64,000 bases of DNA from an uncultured Nitrospinota bacterium (GTDB taxonomy: Bacteria; Tectomicrobia; Entotheonellia; J063; CAVPRW01). A program made the position numbers and the translations under genes. Under the pieces are notes generated by a model. It worked only from the letters and a program-made list of their open reading frames with translations. It did not search any database and was not told the DNA's origin. Positions 36,422 through 47,084 of the stretch are shown in pieces. The DNA lies in NCBI GenBank assembly GCA_963707985.1, contig CAVPRW010000008.1, forward strand, positions 32,001-96,000, read 5' to 3'. Numbering within the stretch: position 1 is the first letter of the stretch; each line of letters begins with the position of its first letter.

Positions 36422-38725
36422 TCATTCCGGCTGAAGGGTAAGGTAATCGAAGGCCACTGCCAAGAGGCGCGGATCGTTGCTCCCAGGGAGCACCTGCGCA
36501 GGAGAAGCGGTATAGCGGTATAGGAAGCGGATTCTGTTGACCCCTTCCCTCAGATATGAGGGCGGCAGATCGAACGAATAGGTTTGCCACCCCCCCCCCA
36601 GCTCGAGCTCACTGAGGAGCCCTCCGTTCATAAAGATCTTGACCAGCTGCTTTGGTGATGACGGGAAGCTAAAGGGGGAAAGCCGTAGATCCATCTTCAT
36701 ACTCGAGACTTTGGGAAGATTGAGCCACAGAGTCGATTCCGGGGCATTCGACCAAGCGTATGTCAGGCCATCTGAGGATTCCTCGTGCGACCAACCCGCC
36801 AAAAGGGCGGGAAACCCGGACGCCGCACCGAAGTCAATCAGGTAAGCCCGACGGGCTTCGTAGGCGTTACCGACCTCGTCCTGGACTCGGTACGCAGTGA
36901 TGTGTTGGTCTTGAGCGATGAGTTGGACAGGCAACGTCGCGTTGATTAGTGCGGCGACCCGGTTAAAGGCATCGGAGGCGAAGTAGTCCTTGTGGATCAC
37001 GATATAGCGAATCTTGAATAAGCGCATAACATCATTAGCTGACTCAGCTATTGAGCGATCGAGCGGAGCCGGGGGGATCAGACTCGGCTTTCTCAGCATC
37101 CGCATCAGCCGAATGTTCTCCCCAAATGTCCGATTGAAGCTGGGCAGCCGTGGTAGGAAACCATGCACGATCTTCTTGCCATGCACCGTCTGATAGAACT
37201 GATAGATTTTGATATCGTGCCCGAATGGTAGATCGAGCACGGTGATGGGATCGGGATCTTCTTTAATGGTATGGTAGACTTGCGGTACGCTAACCTGCCA
37301 AAGGGGGAATGGGAGTATGGCATATTCCAGGAAGATCACCGCGAACACGACAGTTGGCACAAGCTTGGCCCAGGAGGGGCCAACCATCTGACGGAGATGC
37401 TTCATACCATAGCCGGCGAGGACACTGAGCGCGAGCATGACCATGACTGCAGAGAGGCCGATAGCCGTTCCACCCCCAAAATAAGGCAGGAAAGGCAGGT
37501 ACCCGAGAATGGCAAACGGCAGAGGGATACGAAAGTGCAATCGACCGATGGAGAAGGTCTCGGCGCCGTTAATGTGAAGCGTAGGCCCTAAGGCCAGAAG
37601 GAAGAAGACAATCGAGGCCCAAAGCCACGGTCTGATTGCCTGCCTCGGCGCACGAAGCACAGCGAGGCAGGCGAGGAAAAGGACGGCGTAACCCAAGTAG
37701 ACCGTTTGAAGGGTCGGATCGCCAAGAAATTGGTCACGCACTGCCTGGACAGAGTGACCCAGCAGGAAGTGATCGGGGCTGGGTACGAAAAAAGCTAGTA
37801 GATCGAGGCTAACACTTCGTATGTAGTCGGGTGTTTGCTGAATAAGATCCTGGATTTCGAAGGATCGCATCGGGGCAATGATAGGTAATGAGGCAATGCC
37901 GACTGCACCAATGAGCAGGAGCAAACGCGCCGAGACACCCCTCTGCAGTGGTTGCCCTCGATGGTCAAGGAGGTAAGCGAGGTAAAGTATGCCGCTGAGG
38001 ATAGCGAGAAGGGGTACGTAGTACCAGGCAGAAAGCAGCGTTAGCCAGAAGAACAGAGCGGCGACGAGGGCATTCGACCATCCGACGTGCCGCAAGGTCC
38101 GGATCAAAAAAAGCGTGTACCAAGGGATCAAGGAGGCACCGGCGATGACAAAGTCGTGACCCTGCAGATGCGAGAGGATGAAAGGCGAGTAGCCGAAGAC
38201 AGAGCCGGCGAGGAATGCTGCTAATCTATCCTGGAGCAGGTCATGGACTAAGAGAAAGGCACCATAAGCAGCCAAGATCATGAAGAAGAGCAGGAGTATG
38301 TTGCTACCAAAGACCAATCCAAAGGCAGCTTGCAATGGGATGGACGCTATCATGGGGAAGAGGGCCGTGGTGGCCCAGGGCATTTTCACGCCAGACGGAT
38401 AGAAGATTTCTTCCGTGAAGAGGGGGAATTCACCTGAAGTAAGAAGGGACCGCTTCGCCAGCCAAAACCCCCAAAGACTCACCCAATGGTCGTGAATCCA
38501 CGGCTTAGAGGATAAATACGAGGACATTGGAACAAATTCAGTAGCCTTCACGATCAAAGGAAACGTAAAAAAGACTGCCATGAGCCCATAACAAAGGAGT
38601 ATAAGAAGGTAAAAGCGCACCTTCATTGTCATCCTGGACCAGTTATCACTGGAGGTGAAGCTGCCTGACATCAGCCTCAACAAATTGGACGCGACTGTTT
38701 TTTTGAGTCGTGTCCCTCGTGACAT
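36422..38725 (-). CDS. YfhO/GT-C-like membrane protein with a C-terminal beta-sandwich domain
   Basis: IFYPSG, many TM segments, LALGP, VLDLP, YQTVHGKKIVHG, YIVIH and a terminal DPRLLAV. Confidence 0.75.
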   Translation of the reverse strand: MSRGTRLKKTVASNLLRLMSGSFTSSDNWSRMTMKVRFYLLILLCYGLMAVFFTFPLIVKATEFVPMSSYLSSKPWIHDHWVSLWGFWLAKRSLLTSGEFPLFTEEIFYPSGVKMPWATTALFPMIASIPLQAAFGLVFGSNILLLFFMILAAYGAFLLVHDLLQDRLAAFLAGSVFGYSPFILSHLQGHDFVIAGASLIPWYTLFLIRTLRHVGWSNALVAALFFWLTLLSAWYYVPLLAILSGILYLAYLLDHRGQPLQRGVSARLLLLIGAVGIASLPIIAPMRSFEIQDLIQQTPDYIRSVSLDLLAFFVPSPDHFLLGHSVQAVRDQFLGDPTLQTVYLGYAVLFLACLAVLRAPRQAIRPWLWASIVFFLLALGPTLHINGAETFSIGRLHFRIPLPFAILGYLPFLPYFGGGTAIGLSAVMVMLALSVLAGYGMKHLRQMVGPSWAKLVPTVVFAVIFLEYAILPFPLWQVSVPQVYHTIKEDPDPITVLDLPFGHDIKIYQFYQTVHGKKIVHGFLPRLPSFNRTFGENIRLMRMLRKPSLIPPAPLDRSIAESANDVMRLFKIRYIVIHKDYFASDAFNRVAALINATLPVQLIAQDQHITAYRVQDEVGNAYEARRAYLIDFGAASGFPALLAGWSHEESSDGLTYAWSNAPESTLWLNLPKVSSMKMDLRLSPFSFPSSPKQLVKIFMNGGLLSELELGGGWQTYSFDLPPSYLREGVNRIRFLYRYTASPAQVLPGSNDPRLLAVAFDYLTLQPE

Positions 38726-38911
38726 TCACCCGTCTCTTCGAAATCTCAACCCAATGACCTTCCTAGCTGAGGAAACAAAAGCCTGGAAGTTCCGCCCTCC
38801 ACACCCCACGTGCAGGATTGTCCGATCAGAAGCGAGCTGCTGCTCTCTCGCGATGCCTCATCCACATCGCTGTGCAGACTTTTGTGGGGCGATTCATCTT
38901 TCCTTCATGGC

Positions 38912-39797
38912 CTACTGCGAAGTCTGCCTTTGCTTCTGGAAGATTCCAAGGACAGAAGTCCCCCAGGGGAAGGGCAACCAGAGCCCCAAAGGGGTCTCTA
39001 GTGAGAATATCAATTTCAACAGAGCATTCACGGGTTTCGACGGAACTCTGTGTGTGCGCGCCAAAAACTCCCTGATTTCGTCACGAGACATGGTCCCTGG
39101 CTTTAAGCCGCAGAGTCGACTGAGATACAGTAGGGGACTCAAAAAGAACATGAAGTATCGGACATTCGTGAGCGTCAACTCGCATTGATGCGCCAGCGAT
39201 TCCACATCCCGCAGAGAATATCTTCTCTGGTGTCGTGCCAACTCGTCGTTGTAGCTCCAAAAGAAATCCAGCGCTGGTGCCGTCAAAAACAGAAGCCCAT
39301 TCGGTTTCAAACATTGCCGTATCTGCTGTACGACCGAGCTGTGATCTTGAATATGCTCTAAAACGTCCAAGAGGAAAACAATGTCCCAGCGTTCCTTCCA
39401 CCCGAGGTCGCGAAGATCGACTTGAAACCGTGGGATCTGTGGGCCAATAACAGTCGCAGCAAACTCCAGAGCTTTGAGAGAGGAGTCAGCTAAGGCGAGT
39501 TCTGCCGAATCGAGGAACAGCACGATTCAGGAGATAGTCGATCCAGCCGCCGCACCCAGCCCCCAAATCGATGGCGCTGAGCGTGTTCGCCGGAGCATCC
39601 ATACTGGCGAGCTGCGCTTCAAGGGCGGCGAGGAGAAAACGATGACGCCCATGGTACCAGAAATGCTCTCTTTGCATGCGAAACAAGCCGTCAAACCCAT
39701 GTTCATCGTATTCGTCGGCACGATGTGAAACGCCCGTACGACGCACATGGACTCCGTTACGTTGTATGAACAATGCGGTATCTTGCTCCTTGAGCAT
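38912..39797 (-). CDS. Class I SAM methyltransferase (frameshift near 39520)
   Basis: EHFWY.GR, DLGAGCG, LDVLEHI and WSYNDE..HQRRY motifs. Confidence 0.85.
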
Positions 39798-40064
39798 GAT
39801 CCTTCCTCACACCCAACTTCTGAAATGGGTGGATGAACCAGCAGAGAAACGTCTAAATTACTCCAACCCCTCTTCCCCAGTAGCGTTGAGCAGTTGGGGA
39901 AGCGCGCTGTTTCCGCTCGTCATACACTGCTCATTCTCTTCGCGGCGATTTCCATGCAAGTGACACTTTCGAGATGAACGCTCGCCGCCTTTTGCAGTAT
40001 GATTGTATCTTCCTCAAATCCTAATGTGATAACAAAGAACGAACATTAGGTGAGGGGAACAGCT

Positions 40065-40943
40065 GTGCAGGTGCAAGGGAAGGTGGTCGTGCTCACGGGT
40101 GCAGGTCGGGGCATCGGACGAGCCCTCTCGGTGGAGTTGGCCCGTCGCGGCGCGCGGGTTGTTCTGACTGGATTGCACCAAGAGGAGCTCTGCAAGCTGC
40201 AGACGCAGATCATAGGCGAGGGTGGGCAAGCGATCGCCTTGGCCTGCGACGTGCGCGAGGAGGGGCCAGTCCGCCAATTGGTGCAGGAGGTGCTGGCGGC
40301 CTATGGCACGGTCGACATCCTGATCAATAATGCCGGGATCACGCTCGGCGGAGACCTCAGGCTGCTCTCGGACCAAGACTGGGAGCGCGTCCTGGGCGTG
40401 AACCTGTGGGGTGTGATTCGCATGGTACGGGCGGTGCTGCCACATATGCTCGAACGCGGCACCGGCTATATCGTGAATATCGCCTCGGCCGCCGGCTTGG
40501 TGGCTCCAGCTCTGTGGATTCCTTATTCGACTTCCAAGTTCGCCGTAGTAGGCTTCTCCGAGGGGCTTTGCGCCGCCTTTCGCCCCAAGGGGATCGGTGT
40601 GTCGGTCGTCTGTCCTATGTGGGTCCAGACGGACATCCTCAGGGGACCCCCACCGCAACTTGCCGAGCTTCACACCTCTCGTCCGACGCCGGCAAGTCAT
40701 CGCCTTGTACCTGTGTGGAGATGGTTGGTGGGACACCTCCCAGGCCGTCAGATGACGGTGGAGGTAGCGGCTCGGCGGATTATCCACGGTATCGAGCGCG
40801 AGCAGTTCCTGGTGTACACACATCGATGGACTCGCCTCTTGGTGCTGGCGCGCGCGATCGCCCCGCAAACCTTCTCGCGGCTGTGGAACCGTGTGAACGC
40901 TATCGACGAAGAGCGACACCGGATCGCAGCATCGGAGGGTTGA
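40065..40943 (+). CDS. Short-chain dehydrogenase/reductase
   Basis: TGAGRGIG, NNAG and YSTSK motifs. Confidence 0.92.
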   Translation: MQVQGKVVVLTGAGRGIGRALSVELARRGARVVLTGLHQEELCKLQTQIIGEGGQAIALACDVREEGPVRQLVQEVLAAYGTVDILINNAGITLGGDLRLLSDQDWERVLGVNLWGVIRMVRAVLPHMLERGTGYIVNIASAAGLVAPALWIPYSTSKFAVVGFSEGLCAAFRPKGIGVSVVCPMWVQTDILRGPPPQLAELHTSRPTPASHRLVPVWRWLVGHLPGRQMTVEVAARRIIHGIEREQFLVYTHRWTRLLVLARAIAPQTFSRLWNRVNAIDEERHRIAASEG

Positions 40944-40965
40944 ACGGCTTTCTCGCTTTTCAGGT

Positions 40966-41739
40966 TCATGGTTTACGAAAGATGATCTGATAAAAGAGGC
41001 CACGCAGCACCCACTCAACATGTGGATCGATACCCCTCGGCAGCAGCTCAAGCGGTGGGCGCGAGGCAAACAGCGCATTTCTCCACATTAGCAGCCTGGC
41101 CCACCAGGTCGTGTCCTTCCCAGGCTCGATGCCTTCGTCGAGGATGACGATCGTCCCCCCGGACTTCGTCACGCGCACCATCTCGTCGATCGCCTGCCGT
41201 TTGCCATCCCCGAATTGATTGATCGCTCCGTAGTGTACAACGGCATCAAAGCAGGCATCTGCATACGGTAGATGAAGGGCATCGGCCTGATGGATATCGA
41301 GCGTCATATGTTGGCGACGGGCGAGCTTCTGTGCTTCGTGCACCATGGCTCGCGATAAGTCCATTGCCACCAGCCTTCCAGACGGTCCGATAGCTGAGGC
41401 AAGCGCAGGAAGATTTCCACCGGGACCAGTGCAGTGATCCAACACCATGTCACCGGGGCAAAGCCCAATCCTACCAATCAATCGCCGTCGTTCGGCAGGC
41501 AGCCAGACACCTGCTATCACCGCAATAGCCGTGAGGACGAGCGTATAACGAGCTGTCTCGGTATCGAGGGCGGCGATGGCTTTCTGCTCCACGGCGGTGT
41601 GCCGCTCGAGCAGCACAGGGATACCGTTGTCGAGGGGAAAGGAGCGGCCGCATTGTGTGCAGCTCAGGGCGGAAGGCGCCGAGACGATCTTACCACCGCA
41701 GGCAGGACACTGTAGGTACCCAGTTGACGCAGGATTCAC
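40966..41739 (-). CDS. Trm112-like zinc domain fused to a SAM methyltransferase
   Basis: CPAC...CTQC..FPLDNGIPVLL, VLDHCTGPG and MVRVTKSGG motifs. Confidence 0.8.
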   Translation of the reverse strand: MNPASTGYLQCPACGGKIVSAPSALSCTQCGRSFPLDNGIPVLLERHTAVEQKAIAALDTETARYTLVLTAIAVIAGVWLPAERRRLIGRIGLCPGDMVLDHCTGPGGNLPALASAIGPSGRLVAMDLSRAMVHEAQKLARRQHMTLDIHQADALHLPYADACFDAVVHYGAINQFGDGKRQAIDEMVRVTKSGGTIVILDEGIEPGKDTTWWARLLMWRNALFASRPPLELLPRGIDPHVEWVLRGLFYQIIFRKP

Positions 41740-41774
41740 TTCCGACCTCGAAAGCTGTGCAGCCCTCTCATCCT

Positions 41775-42794
41775 CTAATAGATGATCCGTCGGCCTCCTG
41801 GGACTGTGATCGCGACCGAGCGCATCCACCGCAGCTTTTCCCACCATCCGGGATGGTCAGCGTACCAACGGATGGTCTTCTCGATCCCTGTATCAAAGTC
41901 GTTCTCCGCCTTCCAGTTGAGCACGCTCAAGGCCTTCGCTGTGGAAGCGACATGTCTTTGCACCTGCCCTGGACGATCTTCCATGAACGAGATGAGGCCA
42001 TGGGATTTGCCCACTTTGTCCACGATCTGCTCGGCGACAGAGGTGATCGATGTGTCCACTCCGGTGCCGAGGTTGATGGCTTGTCCCTTGACCTGGTCCA
42101 AGTTGGCGTGCAAGGCACGATCCAGCGCCTGGCACAGGTCCTCGACATACAACCAGTCGCGGGTATTTCTACCATCACCATGAACATTTAAAGGTTCATC
42201 GAGCAGCGCACCGGTGATGAAGCGGGGGATGACCTTCTCGAGATGCTGATGCGGACCATAGGTATTGAAGGGGCGAAGGATGACGCAGGGCAGGCCAAAG
42301 GTTGTATAGTAGGAGAACACCAGACGGTCGGCGCCCGTCTTGGCGGCGGCATACGGTGTGGTGGGGTTGAGGGGATGGTCCTCGGTCATCGGCGCCATGA
42401 TGGCCGTGCCATACACCTCAGAGCTGGAGATGTGGAGGAACCGTTCGACAGGGTGTTTCAAAGCCGCAGCGACGACGACCTGGGTGCCCAAGACGTCGGT
42501 TTCGAAAAAGGTTGTGGTGTCATAGATCGACCGTGGCACATGAGTTTCGGCGGCCAGATGGACGACGACGTCTACTTGGGCCACAAGTTCCTCGACTAGC
42601 GCGCTGTTCCTGATATTGCCATGGTAGAAGTGGAAATGCGAATTTTCTCTCAACTCCGGCGCAAAGTTATCCAGGTTGCCGGCATAGGTGAGGGCGTCGA
42701 GCACATTGACGGTGTAGGACGGATAAGTCAGAAGAAGATGCTTCACGAAATGGCTGCCGATGAATCCCGCACCCCCCGTTACCAAGATTCTCAC
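41775..42794 (-). CDS. rfbB: dTDP-glucose 4,6-dehydratase-like enzyme
   Basis: TGGAGFIG, DALTYAGN, AAETHV and YAAAK motifs. ISSSEVYG replaces the usual STDEVYG. Confidence 0.8.
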   Translation of the reverse strand: MRILVTGGAGFIGSHFVKHLLLTYPSYTVNVLDALTYAGNLDNFAPELRENSHFHFYHGNIRNSALVEELVAQVDVVVHLAAETHVPRSIYDTTTFFETDVLGTQVVVAAALKHPVERFLHISSSEVYGTAIMAPMTEDHPLNPTTPYAAAKTGADRLVFSYYTTFGLPCVILRPFNTYGPHQHLEKVIPRFITGALLDEPLNVHGDGRNTRDWLYVEDLCQALDRALHANLDQVKGQAINLGTGVDTSITSVAEQIVDKVGKSHGLISFMEDRPGQVQRHVASTAKALSVLNWKAENDFDTGIEKTIRWYADHPGWWEKLRWMRSVAITVPGGRRIIY

Positions 42795-42839
42795 CAGTTG
42801 ACACTCCTCAGAGCCATTGCCGGGAGGTAACCTTCCTCC

Positions 42840-43811
42840 TCACACGACTTCTCGATGAAAAGCATACTTCCCACGGGCCAGTTGAAAGCCAAGACGTTGC
42901 CAGGTTCTGATGACCAGGAAATGATGCAGCGGTGCGTCAGCCTCCATGAAATCGTACTCCTCCCGTCCCAATTCAAGGGCCGCTTTGAGGAGCCCTATAT
43001 ATGCACCCGTGCCTTCCGGTAGGGAGGCGCTGAGGCCCTGACCGGCGATCCGAAGCCCCGTGTGCTTCAGAATATGATTATTCAGTTTATAGGCCAAGAA
43101 CCCGACCGGGCATCCCTTCCGTTCGGCGACGAGGATGTGGTCCGCCATCTCGCCGGAGCAGGCGTTCTTTGTCCACTCGATGTAGAACCTGCTCATGCCA
43201 GACTGCGGGAGGCTTGGGTCAACAGAGAAGCGGCTTTGGTGGTGCGCATACATTTGTTCAGCGATCGCCAGGACGGCCGCACGATCCGCGGGTGTGTATG
43301 GCCGCACGTGATACAAGGTCTTGAGGGACGGCGGGGTGTCTTGCTGCGGCCGAAAGACGTAGGTGATCAAGCACTCCATGAGCCGGAAGCCCCATCGCTC
43401 CAGGGCTTGGATCGCCTCAATATCGGCGCAATCCACGCGGGTGGAGAGATGCCTGATCCCTTGGGCACGCGCCAATGTGATCAGTTCCTCAAGCAGGCGG
43501 TCGAGGATCTGTGCCCTGGACTCCTGCGCTGACGCGGCGATGAGGTGTCCGATCTTGGCCATCGACAGACCGAAGATGTTGCTGTCCCAGGGGAGGTGGA
43601 TAAAGGTGGCCAACCCAACAACTTTATCCCCCACACGCAGGGCCAACAGCTGCCCCTGCTCTCCCGCCTGCCCGATCTCAGAGCTGAGGAGTCGGAGTTG
43701 GACCTCCTTGGAGATGGCACGATAATGCCGGTAATCGTTGTAGGGATGGGTAGTGACCAGAAACTCCAGCCCCTCAACATCGAATCCAGGCACGACGTGA
43801 AGTTCCATCAA
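42840..43811 (-). CDS. Tandem GNAT acyltransferase, WecD-like
   Basis: LPWDSNIFG, ALERWGF and SRFSVDP..RFYIEW motifs. Confidence 0.7.
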   Translation of the reverse strand: MMELHVVPGFDVEGLEFLVTTHPYNDYRHYRAISKEVQLRLLSSEIGQAGEQGQLLALRVGDKVVGLATFIHLPWDSNIFGLSMAKIGHLIAASAQESRAQILDRLLEELITLARAQGIRHLSTRVDCADIEAIQALERWGFRLMECLITYVFRPQQDTPPSLKTLYHVRPYTPADRAAVLAIAEQMYAHHQSRFSVDPSLPQSGMSRFYIEWTKNACSGEMADHILVAERKGCPVGFLAYKLNNHILKHTGLRIAGQGLSASLPEGTGAYIGLLKAALELGREEYDFMEADAPLHHFLVIRTWQRLGFQLARGKYAFHREVV

Positions 43812-43813
43812 TG

Positions 43814-44737
43814 TTAATCCAGGCTCTCCCGAATGACGAAGAAGGGCTTGTTCTGCACGAGACGGTAGATACGCGTCGTAAATTCGCCCAACAGGCCAAG
43901 GATGGCGAACTGGAGACCGAAAAAGACCGCCAGGAAGACTGCGATCTGGAACCTCCCTCCCAGAGGAAGATCAGCAAGGAAGCGCAGAGGAAAATACAGC
44001 ACCCCGCCGACAAACCCCATAAGGGTGAACAGACCCCCAGCAACTCCAATAATTTGGAACGGCCGGGTGGAAAAGCTTATGATAAAATCGAGATAGTGGC
44101 CGATCAAGCGCAGCAGTGAGTATCTCGACTTCCCCGCCATTCTGAAACGGTGACTCACCGGGACCTCGGCCGCAGACCTGCCTATCTGCACGACCAAGGC
44201 GCCGAGAAAGCGTCGCATCTCCCCGTGGTGCTTGAGCTCTCTGGCTACCTCTGCGGTAATGGCTTTCAAGGAGCAGCCATAATCATGGAGGCGCACACCG
44301 GTGACGAGGCCGATGGTCTTATTAGCGATATACGAGGGTAGGCGCCTGAGGAGAGGATCTTTACGGCCACAACGCCAACCGCTCACGACATCATGCCCTT
44401 CGTCGATCTTGGCGAGGAGCTTGGGGATATCCTGGGGATCGCATTGCAGGTCGGCATCCAGACTCACGATCACCTGGCCCTTCGCACACTCGATGCCGGC
44501 CGAAAGTGCGGCATGTTGGCCATAGTTCCCTGCCAACCGCATCACCTTGACCCGGCGGTCGCTGGCGTGCAGGTTGGCCAGGATCTCGTAGCCCTCATCG
44601 ACACTCCCATCGTCGACGAAGAGCAGCTCATAGTGGCACCCCTGCAATGCATTGGTAAGCTGCAGATAGAGCTCTGGTAAGTTGTCCGCCTCATTGAACA
44701 CGGGAATTACCACTGATAGCTCAATCTTACACTCCAC
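43814..44737 (-). CDS. ArnC/GtrB-like polyprenyl-phosphate glycosyltransferase (GT2)
   Basis: SVVIPVFNE, DDGS, NYGQ and DADLQ motifs, two C-terminal TM segments, LGE..RIY. Confidence 0.9.
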   Translation of the reverse strand: MECKIELSVVIPVFNEADNLPELYLQLTNALQGCHYELLFVDDGSVDEGYEILANLHASDRRVKVMRLAGNYGQHAALSAGIECAKGQVIVSLDADLQCDPQDIPKLLAKIDEGHDVVSGWRCGRKDPLLRRLPSYIANKTIGLVTGVRLHDYGCSLKAITAEVARELKHHGEMRRFLGALVVQIGRSAAEVPVSHRFRMAGKSRYSLLRLIGHYLDFIISFSTRPFQIIGVAGGLFTLMGFVGGVLYFPLRFLADLPLGGRFQIAVFLAVFFGLQFAILGLLGEFTTRIYRLVQNKPFFVIRESLD

Positions 44738-45135
44738 AGACCACCTCCAGCAAGAAAGTGCTAGGGGTTTATCATATAGGTGCCCATATTGTCAAGCGAA
44801 GGCGTGACTAGCACTATATTTCACAGTGTTACCAACTCATGATGGCTCACGGCAGTTGAATGCAGCGCTAGGGTTCGCGGCACGCGGCGATTATTGTGCT
44901 TAAAATAGCCTTCTCAGCCTTGGGGAGCGTATCCTGTCGCACCAGCATCAACACCCAGAAGCTTCTAGCTTCCAGCCTGCTATTAACGCGTCGGGAAACC
45001 GCTATCCCAAGCGAGGAGGATTTTCACGGTCGTCGGGAATTCTATTGACATCGTGTGGCGTGTTCGCCACAATACTTTGCCGGCCTTGAATAGCGTAACT
45101 TCCATCAAAATCGCTCGTCCACGGCAAGGATCGAT

Positions 45136-46338
45136 ATGACCATAGAACCCTCTATTCCCTTTTACAAGCCACTGATCGCGCGTGAGGAAATCAAACAACT
45201 CGTCGAAGCCGTCGAGTCTGGCTGGCTGACGACAGGACCCAAAACGCTAGAGTTTGAGGCCGCCATCGCCCGCTATGTGGGCGCACCGTTTGCGGTTGGG
45301 GTCAATTCCTGCACCGCGGCGATGCATTTGGCCTTGGTTGCCATGGGCATTGGAGCGGGGGATGCCGTGATCACCTCGCCGATTACTTTCCCCGCTACCG
45401 CCAACGTCATCGAGCACTGCGGGGCGCGACCGGTGTTTATCGATGTGGAACCTGAAACGCTGTTGCTGAACGTGGCGGCACTTGAGAAATTTCTCGCGGC
45501 TCCAGAGCGTCAGGGTATCGACGCCGACAGGGTCAAGGCCATCCTGCCCGTGCACTTCGCCGGCCAACCGTGCGATATGGACATGATCTTTGCCCTCGCC
45601 TCTCGGTACGGGCTCGCGGTGATCGAGGACTCCGCCCACGCGCTGGGGGCTGAATTTCAGGGGCGCAAAGTTGGTAGTGACTATGGCCTGGGATTTCAGG
45701 GACCATGGGCGAGCTGCTTCAGCTTTTACGCGACAAAGAACATCACCGCGGGTGAAGGGGGTATGCTGACCACCAATGCCCCGGAGTTAATGGAGCAGGT
45801 GGCGGTTTTGCGCTTGCACGGCATTAGTCGAGATGCCTGGAAACGCTATCAGGTAGCTGGCTACCAGCACTATGAGGTCTTATTTCCCGGCTACAAATAC
45901 AATATGTTCGACCTGCAGGCAGCCTTGGTCCTGGCGCAGCTAGCGCATATCGATGAGTGGCAACGACGCCGACAAACCTACACCGATTTCTATAACCAAG
46001 GCTTGGCGAATATCGAAGGGCTGCAGCCGCTCCAGGTGAAGCCTGACCGCCACTCCGCCTACCATCTCTATGTCGTGATGGCGGACCGCGCACAACTCGG
46101 TATTTCACGGGATGACATGCTCAATCGCCTCGCCTCGGCGGGGATTGGCGTGGGCGTGCACTTCCGCTCGTTGACCGTGCAGAAGTTTTACCGTGAGAAG
46201 TACGGCTTTCAAGAGGGCGATTTTCCAGTTGCAGAAAGGGCTTCAGAGCAAGTACTGTCGCTGCCACTCTATCCTGCCATGCACGAGAGCGACGTCGAGC
46301 GGGTCATTCACACCGTGCACGAGGTGCTCGGCGGCTGA
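45136..46338 (+). CDS. DegT/DnrJ/EryC1/StrS sugar aminotransferase (ArnB-like)
   Basis: SGWLTTGPK, EDSAHA, SFYATKNITAGEGG and GYKYN motifs. Confidence 0.93.
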   Translation: MTIEPSIPFYKPLIAREEIKQLVEAVESGWLTTGPKTLEFEAAIARYVGAPFAVGVNSCTAAMHLALVAMGIGAGDAVITSPITFPATANVIEHCGARPVFIDVEPETLLLNVAALEKFLAAPERQGIDADRVKAILPVHFAGQPCDMDMIFALASRYGLAVIEDSAHALGAEFQGRKVGSDYGLGFQGPWASCFSFYATKNITAGEGGMLTTNAPELMEQVAVLRLHGISRDAWKRYQVAGYQHYEVLFPGYKYNMFDLQAALVLAQLAHIDEWQRRRQTYTDFYNQGLANIEGLQPLQVKPDRHSAYHLYVVMADRAQLGISRDDMLNRLASAGIGVGVHFRSLTVQKFYREKYGFQEGDFPVAERASEQVLSLPLYPAMHESDVERVIHTVHEVLGG

Positions 46339-46385
46339 TCGGCAGCTCAGGTCCACACCCCTGACTTCGGGTGAGCCGCCACACC

Positions 46386-46730
46386 TCATTGGTAGCTGCT
46401 CATATTACGGCCGACAGGCTGCGGATCAGTCGGTAGCCCAAAGAGATTGAGGATGGTCGCTCGGACATCATACAATCGCAGCCCCTTCCTCCATGCTGGT
46501 TCGACCCCACCACGCTCGCAGCTAGCCTTGTGCATGATGAAGACCCCAGGCCAGTCCGTGGTTCGCCTCGTCGGGACCGGTGTCGTTGTCGACGGTGTAG
46601 ATGCTGCCCAGCCCAACGCTTCCCACCGACCGCTAATGGAGATCGCCAACGTATATGATCAGGGCGGGTGGTTGCTGAGGAAACGAGTTCTCCCGAGGGA
46701 AAAGACCCAACCTCACAGGTCGGGCATGCC
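46386..46730 (-). pseudogene. Remnant of an alkaline-phosphatase-superfamily (phosphodiesterase) C-terminus
   Basis: DTGPDEANH..GVFIM...LYDVRATIL.LFG pieces across frames. Confidence 0.5.
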
Positions 46731-47084
46731 ACATCGCAGCGCCGCAGTTGCAGCGTCCGGGTCTGATGTATCGTCACCTACCACTCGCGTGACCCACAGG
46801 GTTCCACCCGCCTCCCACCGTGAGGCCAGCGTGGCCTTTATGGTACACCTTCCTCCTGCGCAAAACGCTGACGTGCACCCCATAAGAGAAAGGTGTTTGC
46901 CAAATGTCGCCGAATCGGGCACAATCGGTTTGGGTCGATCGGCATTCGACATTTCATAATCTTTAACACACGAGTGGAGAGGCCGCCGCTTCCCTGGCCG
47001 TTGGTGGGAGGGGGGGGATGGGCACACTAAAAGCCAAGCCAGCACGCTATTTCAACTCGGTTTGCTTGCGGCTGTTGCACAATC

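Noticed and set aside
40020..40050. CCTAATGT-N15-ACATTAGG inverted repeat upstream of the SDR gene
   Set aside because: Single occurrence with no adjacent regulator, so it cannot be distinguished from chance.
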